64,000 bases of DNA from Phoronis australis. Taxonomy: Eukaryota > Animalia > Phoronida. The notes under the pieces were generated by a model, which saw only the letters and a program-made list of their open reading frames with translations, had not been told where the DNA came from and did not search any database. This document shows, piece after piece, positions 38,111 through 52,081 of the stretch (its first letter is position 1; each line of letters opens with the position of its first letter). A program made the translations under genes and the position numbers. The stretch spans positions 72,184 through 136,183 of the forward strand of contig NMRA01000516.1 of the NCBI GenBank assembly GCA_002633005.1. Reading direction: 5' to 3'.

Positions 38111-41100
38111 AACTAGAAAGATTATTGTCACGGCATGACAATAACGGACTCTGCGCGTGCCTATTACTGGAATTATTATGGGAAGTTACTGACAGCAACC
38201 AGTTTACCAATATGAAAAGGAATTCTTTAAAATTGTAGGAGAAATTACATATTAATTTTTTGATGACCTTTCCACTAATTAACCTCTTCCAGTGCATTAT
38301 GAGTCCCGAAGATGGAGTAATTGTTAACTCGATTAAAAGTGTGGTTAATGCTAATAATCACAGATGTTTTACTTTAAGCCCTTCAGAATACAAGATGAAT
38401 GAATTGGTCAAACTTTCAGAAGAAAAATGCACCTAATGACCCCATGGGTGCACCAAATGACCTTAAAATTTAGAATTCAAACTTAATCGCACTTAGTCAA
38501 CAGATACGTAATTCTGAAGTCTCTAGCTCAAAATTTTAGCTTGCACTCAATGATCTTTGACCTATTTTTTCTGATTGGTTAGGCCTATTGCAAAGTAAAG
38601 TAGGGTATTCAATTGGCATGTTGACTTACACCAGTGTGCTGAAATTGAAAAGAATTCCTTGAAAAACGTAAGACATGTAACATTTTGAACGTTACATGAC
38701 CTTTGCACTAATTGACCTTATCCGGCGCATTTTAAGCATCTTTAGAATTATTGGAAAGCGCATGGAAAATTTGTTTAACGCTGAGAATCACAGTTGTCTA
38801 ACGGTTGACACAGAATACTTGCTGATTGAAAGGTCAAATTTTCAGAAGAAAAATGCACCTAATGACCCCATGTTTGCACTAAATGACCTGAAACTTTGGA
38901 TTCCGATTTGATTTACCTATGGCAATCAGACGTGTCAATTTGAAGTGTCCAGCTCAAAATTTTAGTTTGCACCTAATGACCTTTGACCTATTTCACCTGA
39001 TTCGATGACCCGATTACTTAGAAAAGTAATTTTTTAAATTGTCATGTTGACTTATGCCTGTGCAATGAATTTGAAAAAGATAGCTTTAAAACTGAAGGAG
39101 GAGTACCATTTTGAAAATTATATGACCTTTGCACCAAACGACCTCTTCCGGTGCAATATGGAATATGATTATATAACCAACCAAAATTTATATACTGTCG
39201 AAAGTCATATGCTGAATTTGAAGACCATACCTGCACCCAATTTGGAGTTATTAAGCCTCAAAGCCGGTCGGAAGAAGAATAAGAATAAGAATAAGAAGAA
39301 CTAGAAAGATTATCGTCACAACGTGACAATAACGGACTCTGCGCGTGCATATTACTGGAACTATTATGGAAAGTTACTGACAGCAACCCATTTACGAATA
39401 TAAAAAGGAATTCTTTAAAATTGTAGGAGAAATTACACATTAATTTTTTGATGACCTTTCCACTAATTGACCTCTTCCGGTGCATTATGAGCCCCAATGA
39501 GTGAGTAATTGTTATAACTCGATTAAAAGTTTGGTTAATGCTAAAAATCACAGATGTTGTACTTTAAGCACTTCAGAATACAAGATGAATGAATTGGTCA
39601 AACTTTCAGAAGAAAAATGCACCAAATGAACCCATGGGTGCACCAAATGACCTGAAAATTTAGAATTCAATCTCAATCGCACTTAGTAAACAGATATGAA
39701 ATTTTGAAGTCCCTAGCTAAAAATTTTAGCTTGCACTCAATGACCTTTGACCTATTTTTTCTGATTGGTTAGGCCTATTGGGAAGTTAAGTGGGGTATTC
39801 AAGTGGCATGTTGACTTACCCAAGTGTGCTGAAATTGAAAAGAATTCCTTGAAAAACGTAAGAGATATAACATTTTGAACGTTACATGACCTTTGCACTA
39901 ATTGACACCATCCGGTGCGTTATAAGCATCTTTAGGAAGATTAATGCAAAGCCCATGAAAAATGTGTTGAATGCTGAGAATCACAGTTTTCTGACAGTTG
40001 GCACATCAGAATACTTGATGATTGAAAAGGTCAAGTTTTCAGAAGAAAAATGTACCTAATGACCCCATGTTTGTGCTAAATGACCTGAAACTTTGGATTC
40101 CAAATTGAATTTCCTGTACCAATCAGACCTGTTAATTTGAAGTGTCTAGCTCAAAATCTTAGTTTGCACCTAATGAACTTTGACCTATTTTACCTGATTG
40201 GATGACCCGATTACTTAGAAAAGTAATTTTTTAAATTGGCTTATTGACTTATACCTGAGTACCGAATTTGAAAATAGCTTTTGAAAAAAAGAAGGGGTAG
40301 CATTTTGAAAATTACATGACCTTTGCACCAAATGACCTCTTCCGGTGCATTATGGAAAATGAATATGTAACGAATCAAAATTTATATACTGCCTAAAGTC
40401 ATATGTTAAATTTGAAGAACATACCTGCAACCATTTTGGAGTTATTATGTGTTGAAGTTGGTCGGAAAAAGAATAAGAATAAGAACTAGAACGATTATTG
40501 TCACGGCGTGACAATAATGGACTCTGGGCGTGTGTATTAAAGGAATTGTTATGGGAAGTTTCTGACAGCAACCCGGTTACCAATATGAAAAGGAATTCTT
40601 TAAAATTGTAGGAGAAATTACATGTTAATATTTTGATGACCTTTCCACTAACTGACCTCTTCCAGTGCATTATGAAGCCCGATGAGGGAATAATTGTAAA
40701 ACCAATTTAAAGTGTGGTTAATGCTAGGAATCACAGAAGTTTTACTTTAAGCACTTAAGAATACAACATGAATGAATTGGTCAAACTTTCAGAAGAAAAA
40801 TGCACCTAATGACCCCATGGGTGCACCAAATGACCCAAAAAATGAAAATTCAACCTCAATCGCATTTAGTAAACAGATATGTAATTTTGAAGTCACTAGC
40901 TCCAAATTTTAATTTTGCACTCAATGACCTTTGACCTATTTTTTCTGATTGGTTAGGCCTATTGCGTAGTTAAGTAGGTTGTTCAATTGGCATGTTGACT
41001 TACACTAGTGTGCTGAAATTGAAAAGAATTCCTTGAAAAACGTAAGATATAACATTCTGAACGTTAGATGACCTTTGCACTAATTGACCTTATCCGGTAC

Positions 41101-41850
41101 ATTTTAAGCATCTTTAGGAGAATTATTGCAAAGCCCATGGAAAATGTGTTTAACGCTGAGAATCACAGTTGTCTAACGGTTGACACATCAGAATACTTGC
41201 TGATTGAAAACGTCAAAATTTCAGAAGAAAAATGCACCTAATGACCCCATGTTTGCACTAAATGACCTGAAACTTTGGATTCCGATTTGATTTACCTGTG
41301 GCAATCAGACCTGCCAATTTGAAGTGTCTAGCTCAAAATTTTAGTTTGCACCTAATGACCTTTGACCTATTTCACCTGATTGGATGACCCGATTACTTAG
41401 AAATGTAATTTTTTAAATTGTCATGTTGACTTATACTTGTGCACCGAATTCGAAAAAGATAGCTTTAAAACTGAAGGAGTAGCATTTTGAAAATTATATG
41501 ACCTTTGCACCAAACGACCTCTTCCAGTGCAATATGGAATATGATTATATAACCAATCAAAATTTATATACTGTTAAAAGTCATAAGCTGAATTTAAAGA
41601 CCGTACCTGCACCCAACTTGGAGTTATTAAGCCTCAAAGTTGGTCGGAAGAAGAAAAAGAATAAAATTGAAGAAAACCCAGGAACAACAGTAGTCTGCGC
41701 TTGCACGCGCAGAGTAATAAGAATAAAATTGAAGAAAACCCAGGAACAACAGTACTCTGCGCTTACATGCGCAGAGTAATAAAAAGAATAAAAATAAAAT
41801 TGAAGAAAACTCAGCAACAACAGTACTCTGCGCTTGTACGCGCAGAGTAA
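38111..41850 (-). mobile_element. Helentron/HINE-like element, family B: three tandem ~1.19-kb units with a triplicated 5' end
   Basis: Units start at ~38111, 39299 and 40483 with AACTAG-hairpin(TTATTGTCAC..GTGACAATAA)-ACTCTGCGCGTGC. (AAGAAT)n lies between units. The complementary GCACGCGCAGAGT inverted repeat is at 41690-41850. Confidence 0.8.
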
Positions 41851-42601
41851 AAATGATTGCTAGTAAAAATGATCATTAGTAAAAATGATCGCTAGTAATA
41901 ATGAATAAGTACAAGTCACATGGCACCTTTCGCTGTTTGTGGATCTGAAGGGAAAAATAATAATTTTATGGGATCTTGAATTGCGCCCCCGTTAAACAGT
42001 CATTCAATCCCCAATCTCCTTTCGTACCTCGTTTCTGCCTGGTTATCCGACAATGCATATAAATTTAATACAGCCAGGGACTAGGCAACGACTTCGATAC
42101 GAATTTTCTAAAATGGGAAAGGGCCTAGGCTCGCTAATGAAGTAAGAAACAGTAAGATTTCTGCTTCATTCATTTTATCGTGTCCGAGTTTACAAAAGAC
42201 ATTGTGAATTATACTGCAGAGCACGACATCCAACTGTTTAATCAACCATAGCCCTGCGCCAAAATGACGATATTGAATGTTAACCAGTCTCAGATTCGTC
42301 TGCATGAACTGGATTATTACATTGTCTGCTACGCCGGCCTACGCCAATCAACTATCAATGATTTATGTTTAGCAAGACAGTATCAACAGAAGTTTCATTA
42401 CAAAAATTAGTTTATTATGTCTACAAAGTTCAAATATTTTTTGTTCTATTTTTGTCACTTCGTGGATAACTGAATTTTAACAGTTTCTTGTACACAAGTG
42501 CGAAAGAGATCACACTATGCTGGACACTTCATTGTCAAATTGTCTTGCGAAGTGTTCTTTAACCAGATACTTCCACTAGGCCTACATGATGCTCACGTTA
42601 A

Positions 42602-43514
42602 AGGCGTCAGGCAACCTTTTTGCATGTCACTTTGAGCAAAAATAAGGTTCGTTGATTATCCCAGACATATTTTTCCGTTAATTACAGCTTTTTGGCAATT
42701 TAAACAATTACTCGTCCTCTACTCCGGAAGTGACGTTTTGGGAGGCACGAATCTCGTGCCAATTTATTTTCATATAGTCTGACAGTGAGAGCTGCCGAGT
42801 CAGTCATTATTCTATCTCGGTTATGATAAGTTCTGTCATTGTTTGCTTTTGCTTACGAGTCAGTCAACATGCCACACTGTTGCTACGTACCGGTATGTAC
42901 TCATTATCGTCTCACAGACAGAGGAACAAGTCCCACTTGACTGAGTGTACCGCAACACACTCCCACTGGATAGTGACCTGTCACAAAAACTGCTCACATG
43001 CTGCCCTGTGACTCCCTCGCCACAGTCACCTGGCACTTTCTAAATAGCTCCAATGCTTTAGACAAGTCCACAATAAACTTATCAAAGTTTGGCTCAACGA
43101 TCTGTTCATTGGATGACGAACTGTCCTCTTCACTGGGTGTCGAACTGGGCCTGTATTCACTCCTAATACTCAACATCAAAGCAGGGCTGCTTACAGGCTC
43201 TTAGCGATAATGAGTACATCCTGGTATGCAGCATCAGTGTGGCAAGTTGACTGACTCATAAATAAAAGCAAACGCCGATCGAACTTATCACAACCGAGGT
43301 AGAACAATGAATGACTGACTCGGCAGCTCTCACAGTCACACTATATGAAAATAAATTGGCGCGAAATTTTTGCCTCCCAAAACGTCACTTCCGGAGTAGA
43401 GAACGACTAATTGATTAAATTACGTAAAGCTGCAATTAAATGAAAAACATGTCTGGGATAATCAACGAACCTTATTTTTGCTAAAAATGACATGAAAAAA
43501 GGTTGCCTTCGCCT
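42602..43514. mobile_element. Kolobok-like non-autonomous element with ~300-bp inverted arms and a central transposase-like fragment
   Basis: TTAA at 42598-42601 and 43515-43518, AGGCG..AGGCAACC termini, arms complementary from 42602-42909 to 43206-43514. The minus-strand centre reads DKFIVDLSKALELFRKC. Confidence 0.8.
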
Positions 43515-44409
43515 TTAAGGTCTTGTCTATGTTGTCTATGATGAGCAAACTGCACCCAATTACATCTAATTTTCAAATGTTGTCAGGGGAAGGTCTCACA
43601 GTCCCCACCATGGGAGGACGTCACTTCATCCTATGTAGTGCCGAGTTCCGCATCCACGTCGAGCAATCACCACCACGCTCCTTTCAAAACCCAGCTAATA
43701 GGGGAATCCAATTTCTCATATTCGCGTGCAGCAACGGGCTTTGCACCCCGTTTTGGCCATTCACCACCACGCTCCTTGCAAATCCCAGGGGAAACACTGC
43801 TTTCATGGCTCCTACAGTATCATTCCACAAATAAACAGGCTTGTGTGATAGAAACACATTTGGTGGTGTAAAATTTTAATGAAATTAACAATTTTGCAAG
43901 TCGAAATAATGATATAAAAGAGATGGAAAAAGATGAAACTGGAAATCAAAAAAAAAAAATCAAAACCAAAAAACGATATCTTCTTAAAAGAGGAAATTCC
44001 AAGCCATGAGTTCGAAAATCAACTGATCAATTGATCAATTGATATAAGGTGGCTTACCTTATGAAGGTTTGACCACAAAAACTGATACCATTTTGTACAT
44101 GCCGAAGTATGGGAAGAAAATACATTTTCTATCATTATATAAAAAATGGTGAAACACTTTATGTGGCCAAAAATCACTTTATAATAGTTACACCAGTTTG
44201 TAATGAGAAGGAAATGACTCTTTTACAGTCAAAAGTTCTCTGTTAAGAAATGGAAAATGTACTATAGCACCAGCTTGCCAACTAGAATCAAGAGGGATAC
44301 ATTCTGCAAGCACAAGTTTAAAAAAGCAAACATCAAATGTTACCCTGGCCACTTCACATGTATAAAGGAGTTCAATAGCATATAAGCATAACACTATACC
44401 AGCAACATA

Positions 44410-46134
44410 CTGTAAATGTTCGGATTAACGCCCATGCTCAGTTAACCGCCCACTCCCTACTTTAGATGGATTTTCGATTTAATTGACCACTGCTCAGTTA
44501 AGCACCCCCCGTGATTTTTCAAGATTTCCAGTTAAGCGCCCACCTCTCGGTTAAGCGCACATCCCCGACTTTTAAAGAATAAAGATTTAGCGCCCAATGA
44601 TAAGGAAATGTGCGATTCCCCGACTTTTTGAATAAGATTGATGATCACAATGAGCGCAACAATGCCGGCCTCCGAGACAGTGGTTTAGCAATGTGAATTA
44701 CATTTTTACAAGTGAGGTGTTATTGTCTTGGGTCATGTACTCACTTCAAAATATAATACTTGAACGTTTTTGTCACTTTATTTTCTTCCCATGTTTGCAA
44801 AGTTTAAGAACCCCGCTGGCGTCAAAACCTCCGCTTTCAGTGACTTAATGTCTGCCGCCCTGAGTTTAGGCCTGCAGTGCACTAGATAAAACAAAAATTC
44901 GAAAAAATGAGGCCAGAGAAATGAGACAATGGTTTTGCCAACCCTCCAAATTTTATAAAAGTGGGATGCTCTCGTATTTTGAACAAATCTCAGAACTCAC
45001 GGAAAGAGGTCAATTCTCAATATTTTGATGAATGTAACTGCCGGGTTATAGAGGATGTGTGGCGACCGAAGGGACAGTACAAGTGCCTTACTGGGTTACT
45101 GATTTCGTTGCTGCCTATCGATTTCTGAATTCAAAGGTTGGCAATAAAAACTGCTAGTCAAATTTTGTTTTTCACTTATTGCATCTCAGTCAAACTGGCA
45201 TTAGCAGATTTAACTAATGTCGCTGGCTGTTCTTTACTATTTCTTGCGTCAGCCTCCACGTAAGCGTGACTGTGTGAATTATCGTTTCCACATCCCCTTT
45301 TTAGCCAACCAGAATAATTTTCTTTATACATTGGCCAGTTTCAGCCTGAACGAAAATTCTTACCATTCGAGTCTGAAATATCTATGACGTTGACTGACTG
45401 AAAATTGGTGATAGTGGGTAGGAGATGTACACAGCTAGCTACGGGCATGGGCTTAGGGAGCATCGAGCCGGTAAATATCGGAATAGACTTGACATCGCAG
45501 TTTTGGGTAACATTGGCAATGGAGGAATATCGTAAAGAACTGGGTCTTTCGTAACAACAGCTTAAAAGTACATAGTCACGCCCGTTTCTGTTTGTCGCTA
45601 TTCTCTTTTGATGTGCGACTTTGTAGTGGTGCACGCGCGCATGTTCCCACACTTTGGAGTGCATGTTACCTTGACACCAACATGCGATTGACAGGTGACT
45701 CACACGTAGGCCCTACGTGCGTGCTGAATCCCGCCGCTATCTTTGGCCATAAAAAACGAGATGCATATTGTGGCTATTACTCAGCAATTCTGGAAATTTA
45801 ATAGTGAATAACTAATCTGAGGGCAAGAGAACCTTTGTTGGGATCATCCACTGTTATGATATTTTTCCCGTCATGTGGCGGCGTGACGATAACGCTGTTT
45901 GAAAAGTGCTACGCGTTCCGAGTACGTGTGTGGTGTGGGGACTTAAATCACGAGGTAGGATTAACCGCCCAGGACGGTTGCCTATCGTAATAAGCGCCCA
46001 TGTTCGGTTAACTGCCCACCCTGGATTTCTTGAAATTTCACGTTAATAAGCGCCCATGTCTGGTAAACCACCCAATCCCGAGTTTTTGGGTTTGCCAATT
46101 TAACCGCCCAGGGCGTTAACCCGAACGTTTACGG
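44410..46134. mobile_element. Non-autonomous Tc1/mariner-pogo-like element, different family
   Basis: TA|CTGTAAATGTTCGGATTAACGCCC...GGGCGTTAACCCGAACGTTTACGG|TA, with subterminal TTAA(G/C)CGCCC repeats. Confidence 0.8.
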
Positions 46135-46938
46135 TAATACCCTATTACACTTAAACCACTAACCAGATCATATAGGGACAACAGGGTTGCTATGCTCGTC
46201 CAGTCTACCAATTAAAATGAGAGCCATATGAATGATACTTGACAAAATTGAATGAAAGAATGACTGAAAATGATATGCACGTTGGCCATGATCATTATCA
46301 TCATACATTGGAAATGAACTTACAAGTCCTTTCCTCACACCAATACCAAAACCGGCAGGACACAAATTACCCATTCACATTTGATACACAGGATTGACTC
46401 TACAAAAATGGAAAACTTTGGCTAACTTCGGAAGATTATATCTCAGAAATGACTAATTGGATTCTTACGAAACTTTCGGATGCGGTGCTTTATGAACTGT
46501 TTACTTAGAAATTCTTTTTAAAATATTCCAATTTTTCACGGGGACTTGAATGATTTTTTTAAAAAATTAACGTTGCACAGAACAAAAACAACATGATAAT
46601 TTTGAAAACAGCAACAGTTTTGAAATATTACCTTGAATCTTCCTATCAATCCAGGTTTGGTCATATTATTGATACCATCGTTTTGCAATGAATGTACTTT
46701 TCCTTTTTGCTGAATTTTATTAAAAGACACTTTCAGAGGACACAATTAATGGCAGAGTGGGCGTAAAGTCAAAAAATCAAATTCTACAGGCTATCGACTT
46801 TCAGAAAACATAGTATTATACTTTACTGAGCTAAATCGATATTTTTGGCTAAATGCTGACTGTCATAAGGACCTACATCTATGGTTGGACCTTTCTTTTA
46901 AATACCAACTGGTAATGATTCTAAGCTATAACATATCC

Positions 46939-48665
46939 AACAAGAGCAACGTGGAGTGTTGAAATGCGCCCACGAATGCATTGCAAATGGTGTGCTCTTA
47001 GGGTGGTTTGTTTGTATCATAAAAATGAAAACTAGATGGCGCAAAAACATATAATCCATCCAAAAACAGGAACATGCCATATTTCATAAAAATCTGTCAA
47101 GGAACTTCAGAGAATCAAAGGAAAACAGAATAAAATGAAATAGCCACAAGTGGGCACAGTGTCCGTTGGATCCGCCTGAAAGTGGTCGTCGACTATTGTT
47201 GTCTTCATATAAATACATTGTCTTACTAAATTTAGTAAAGATCCTGCAGTGGATTTAAGAGACACAACTATGGGTGCAAAACAAAACTACCACTAGGAGG
47301 CGCCACAGTAATCAGTCACCATCATCAAAGGTCGTCTTCACACTGAGAACATATATGCCAATTTTCAAATGATTTGGTTGATTACAGGGATGGACACCAA
47401 AAACAAGATTTGAAAACGGCAAAAGTGGCCACTAGGTGGTGCAAAATACCTCGATTCCATCCAAAAACAGGCAGATAGCATCATCACACCAATAGATGCC
47501 TATATATAAAATTTTATGAAAATCAGTTGAGGACATTTGAAGATACTGAGTTAAACGCAAAAAACTAAAATTGACACTAGGGCGCACAGCAGTAGTCAGA
47601 TCTATCTGAAAGTCGTCGTCATCCGTAGCCAAAATCACATAAATACACTTGCTAAATTAAGTAAAGATCCTGCGAACGGTTCAGGAGATACAGCCATAGG
47701 CACAACAAAAACAAAACTGCCACTAGGAGGTGCCACAGTAGTCGAAATCGTCGGAAAATCATCGTCAACCATCCTCTTCCTAGTAAGCACTTACATGCCA
47801 ATTTTCACAATCACCCTTTGAGTGGTTTGGTTGATAGAGGGGTGGATGCAAAAAACAGACTCGAAAACAGTAAAAATGGGCACTAGGTGGCGCAAACTAC
47901 GTCGAATCCATCCGAAGGGAGGATAGCATCATCTCACTAATAGGTGCCTACATATTAAATTTCATGAAAATCCGTTGAGAACTTTTGAAGATACAAAGGT
48001 AAACGTAAAAAATAAAATTGCCTCTAGGGGGTACACCGGTAGTCAGATCTGTCCAAAAGTCGTCATAGTTCGTTGCTAACATCATATAAATATACTTACT
48101 AAATTTTGTAAAGATCCTACGAAAGGTTTGGGAGATACCGCCATAGGCGCAAAAAACACAACTGCCACTAGGAGGCGCCACAGTAGTCAAAACGGTCGGA
48201 AAACCATCGTCAATTGTCTTCTTCATAGTAAGCACATATATGCCAATTTTTGCAATAATCCATTGAGCGGTTTGGTTGATAGAGGGGTGGACGCAAAGAA
48301 AATGACTCGAAAACACTAAAAATTACCACTAGGTGGCACAAACTATGTCAAATCCATCTGAAAACGAGTGGATAGCATCATCTCACTAATGGGTGCCTAC
48401 ATACCAAATTTCATGAAAATCCGTTCAGGACTTTTGAAGATACAAAGGTAAGCGTAAAAAAACTAAAATTGCCACTAGGGTGCACACCGGTAGTCGGATC
48501 CATCTGAAAGTTCGTTCATGAAGTCCCATTCATGAATGGAACATACATGCCAAATTTCATGAACGTATGTCAAAGGGTTTTGGAGATAGAGCAGTGGACG
48601 CCGAACGGACGGACGGAGATGACGGCATAATGCGTCCACATATAAATGTGTGGGCGCTTAAAAAC
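46939..48665 (-). mobile_element. Helentron/HINE-like element, family A, apparently full length
   Basis: One end has an AACAAGAGCAACG..GTTG hairpin plus GCGCCCAC. The other end has a GGAC microsatellite, a GCGTCCACA..TGTGGGCGC inverted repeat and an A-run. Internal subrepeats are present. Confidence 0.75.
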
Positions 48666-49843
48666 ACTTCATATATTCAAATACACCCTACTTCATTTAA
48701 AATCCAATGTTGAATTTCTCACTCCGATGTGGATTAAGTTGCACTCAAGCATAACAGCTGCTACTATATCCACATGGAGAATCCACTGATATAAACCAAG
48801 TTGCACCCTATTCAATGGCAATTCACAAATCATATTAGAAAATCACAAATGACTTAATCCACCAAACTTGCCTATGTCTAGTGGGATCTTCCACTGTGAC
48901 CAGAAAGACTCATCCAGCATCATGGCAACAGAGCAGACTTGGGGAGCAGACTTAGCAAAGTGCAGCCGCCTGTGAACTTTATCCGACTACACAACCAACA
49001 CAGGAGAGCGTGGGGGATACTTGTAACTAAAGAAGGTATTAGTCAGCTATAGAGAGTTCCCAGACCAAACCATTCCTAGCAGAGGAAGGTACCGATATTC
49101 AAAACCAAGAACCAGAGTGATGACAAATGGTTCCCGAGAACACCAACACAACTGGACACCATGACAACAGTTAGAGACAACTGTTACAGAAAAGTAATAG
49201 TAATACATTGAAAGTTCATGTTTCATGAGCATTTTTATGGCAACTATTTTCTTGACTTTCATATCATAAGTACGTTTTTCAGTTGAACACCATAAATAAT
49301 GAACAAAAGGTAATATAAAGGAATAAATGTAAAATGAATAAATCTGTAAACAATTTTGCCACAAGATAAATGCATGTTGGACTATTCCTGCAATCTGTGA
49401 TATTTTCAGAAATGCCAGTAACAGCTGGAACAAACTTGCAAATGCCAAAAGCAATCTATGTTGACAGAAAACAGCTACCTGAAGTCTACTGGATGTAAAG
49501 CTATGGGAAATACTGGGGAGCTCACTAGGTACACTATGATACAGTAATGAATTATACATTGGGGTTTAAAACTTTGTTGACTTAGAACATAGCTATCAGA
49601 CTGAGCACAAAGGACAAAAAAGAAAAGAAAATATACTCCCACTAAGAATTTGCTTTTCATCTGCAGCACTACAAAGAAATGAACTTTAGTTTCAGGAATC
49701 CATCCAAGAATCATTCTCATTATAATTAGCAAGTCCACATTGATGGGTCACTAGGAGGAGCTGTCGTGCTGAACTGTGAGTCATTCATACATCAACTAAC
49801 AGGCTCTCAGGATAAAAGGGAGGTGAGATGATTTATGGTTCAC

Positions 49844-50073
49844 ATCATCAATGACCCAGCCCCACACCGGTAATTACAGGTCATTTACATGTTATAACTG
49901 GATCATCAATGACCCAGCACCAGACCGGTAATTACAGGTCATTTACATGTTATAACTGGATCATCAATGACCCAGCACCAGACCGGTAATTACAGGTCAT
50001 TTACATGTTATAACTGGATCATCAATGACCCAGCACCAGACCGGTAATTACAGGTCATTTACATGTTATAACT
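49844..50073. repeat. 58-bp tandem repeat x4, nearly perfect
   Basis: atcatcaatgacccagcaccagaccggtaattacaggtcatttacatgttataactgg repeated. Confidence 0.95.
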
Positions 50074-52081
50074 AACATCACGCCACACTGCCAATCTGTT
50101 TTGATAATAACCTGATTTCTAAGATGTGTTCTAGCATTTGAGCAGTCTCGAATTTTCTGGGTCTTTTCACACCCCTTTCTAGATTCATGTGGACAATTCT
50201 TTGACCACAATCAGATATTCATGTTTACTTAGTACAAGAAGCGTTCACTATAGAGCAACTAATTATAATGTTACTAATAAGTGGTCCAACCAGGCTGCAT
50301 TCAAATCTTAATCAAGAAGCATACCGATCACATGTTCAATTCATTGAATATACCAAAAGCATTGTAAGTGACTATACTGTGTACCACAGATTGGCATGCA
50401 GTTCCTCCGAAAAAATATTTATCCTTGGAGACAGTATTGACCAAAACATTACCTAAAGGATACATGAGCAATGCAGAATATTAATGTGCACCCACTATGT
50501 GCATCGGATACAGCATTACCTACCAGTCTCCTGAAGTGTAAAATCAAGAAATTTCCACTAACATGACCTAATCTAGAATCATGCTGGATTAAACTAATGT
50601 CAAGCAAGCCTTTTGAGTTGGTACACAACACTGTGGCTAAGCTGGTCAAAGCTTACAGTCACACAAAGGAATCTACAGGTGAAAGGTAATTCCAATTTCT
50701 CTGAAAGTCGATCGTTTTTCTCCTTTTGAAGTTTTATGGTTTAAGTATTTCATACAAAACATATCTCTTTAATGACATTTATTGAAAGTCGTTCGCAAAT
50801 AGTATTTTTAAATATTGATTAGCATCAGGCACACTGTTTGCAACATAATTGCTGAATTAGGTGAGCTTATCAGAAGAAAGCAGATAGCTGGACTATGCAA
50901 ACAGCACGGGTGCATAACATAATGCATACAAGGAGTGATCATTATTTTAAACAGTCACACTAGAGATTGCCAACTACGTTATGCACCGCACCCACCGTGG
51001 AATGAGTATCCCGACTGCCTGATCGGCCAGTCTGGATACAGCCTTGTCATTATCAGGTTGACAGAGGCAAACCAATGTTTACATAGTCCAGCTCTCTTAT
51101 TGTCCACTTTCATTTGATACTCATGTAACCCAGCAATTATGTTGTAAACAGCTCATGATAAATGACTTTCCCCAAATGTCATGAAGCAGATGTGTTTTGT
51201 ATGAAATATTTTCACCAACAAATTAGGCAAAATGATAAAAAGACCATTAAACCGTACAATGTAGCTAGGTCAAATCCGTCTGAAATAGTAAGTGCCATTG
51301 TCTCCATGATGAACATTCATCAAAGAACTTGGTAGATATCGAGACGAACACAAAAAACCCTTGATGGACTCGCGAGTACTCAGATTTGTCTCAAAATTCA
51401 AAGCAGCTGTACTCTCCGAAAGTCATGGCACATTTCTTGAGGATTCATCAGGGAACTTTGACTTTGACGTTTTACTGGCTGAAAAGCGTGTCCTGCAATT
51501 TGCATACTTTGGAGATCATTGTTATGAAGATATGGAGTGGCAAGTAAACAAAACAAAATTGTCACAGGGAGATGCAAGAGCAGTCGCAGCCATTCGGAAA
51601 TTAACACCAGCCGTGCGCTTCTCAGTTGAAACACATCAGTTAAGAGGCGGATGACAAAAAAAAACTTAAAAAAGCCTCTTGGTAGCACAAAATTGGTCCA
51701 ATCCAACTGAAAACGGGCGTTGTAGCCTCCTTAATAGATACCTATTTGCAAAATTTCATGAAAATCCGCCAAGAACTTCTGAAAATATAGAGACAGACAT
51801 AATAAAAACAGTAACTAGGGTCCTTCTTAAAGTGGCACTTGTCATCTGTCACATTCATAAAAATACACTTGCCTAATTTCAGATTTAAATCTTGGAAGGG
51901 GTTTAAAGAGAGCCGGATGCCAGATGGACAAACGTCTAATGGATGGTCGCCAAACAGACAGATATGACAACTTGCAACCACATATAAACATATGGGTGCA
52001 TAATAATGGTTACCAAAATACCCTAGCATCATTAGAACAAGCTTTTAGAGATGAGAAGTATCAGGAAAAAGGTTGCATTAC

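Noticed and set aside
49047-49559. 170-aa minus-strand ORF
   Set aside because: Composition typical of AT-rich non-coding DNA; no recognisable motif; its internal donor is phase 0.
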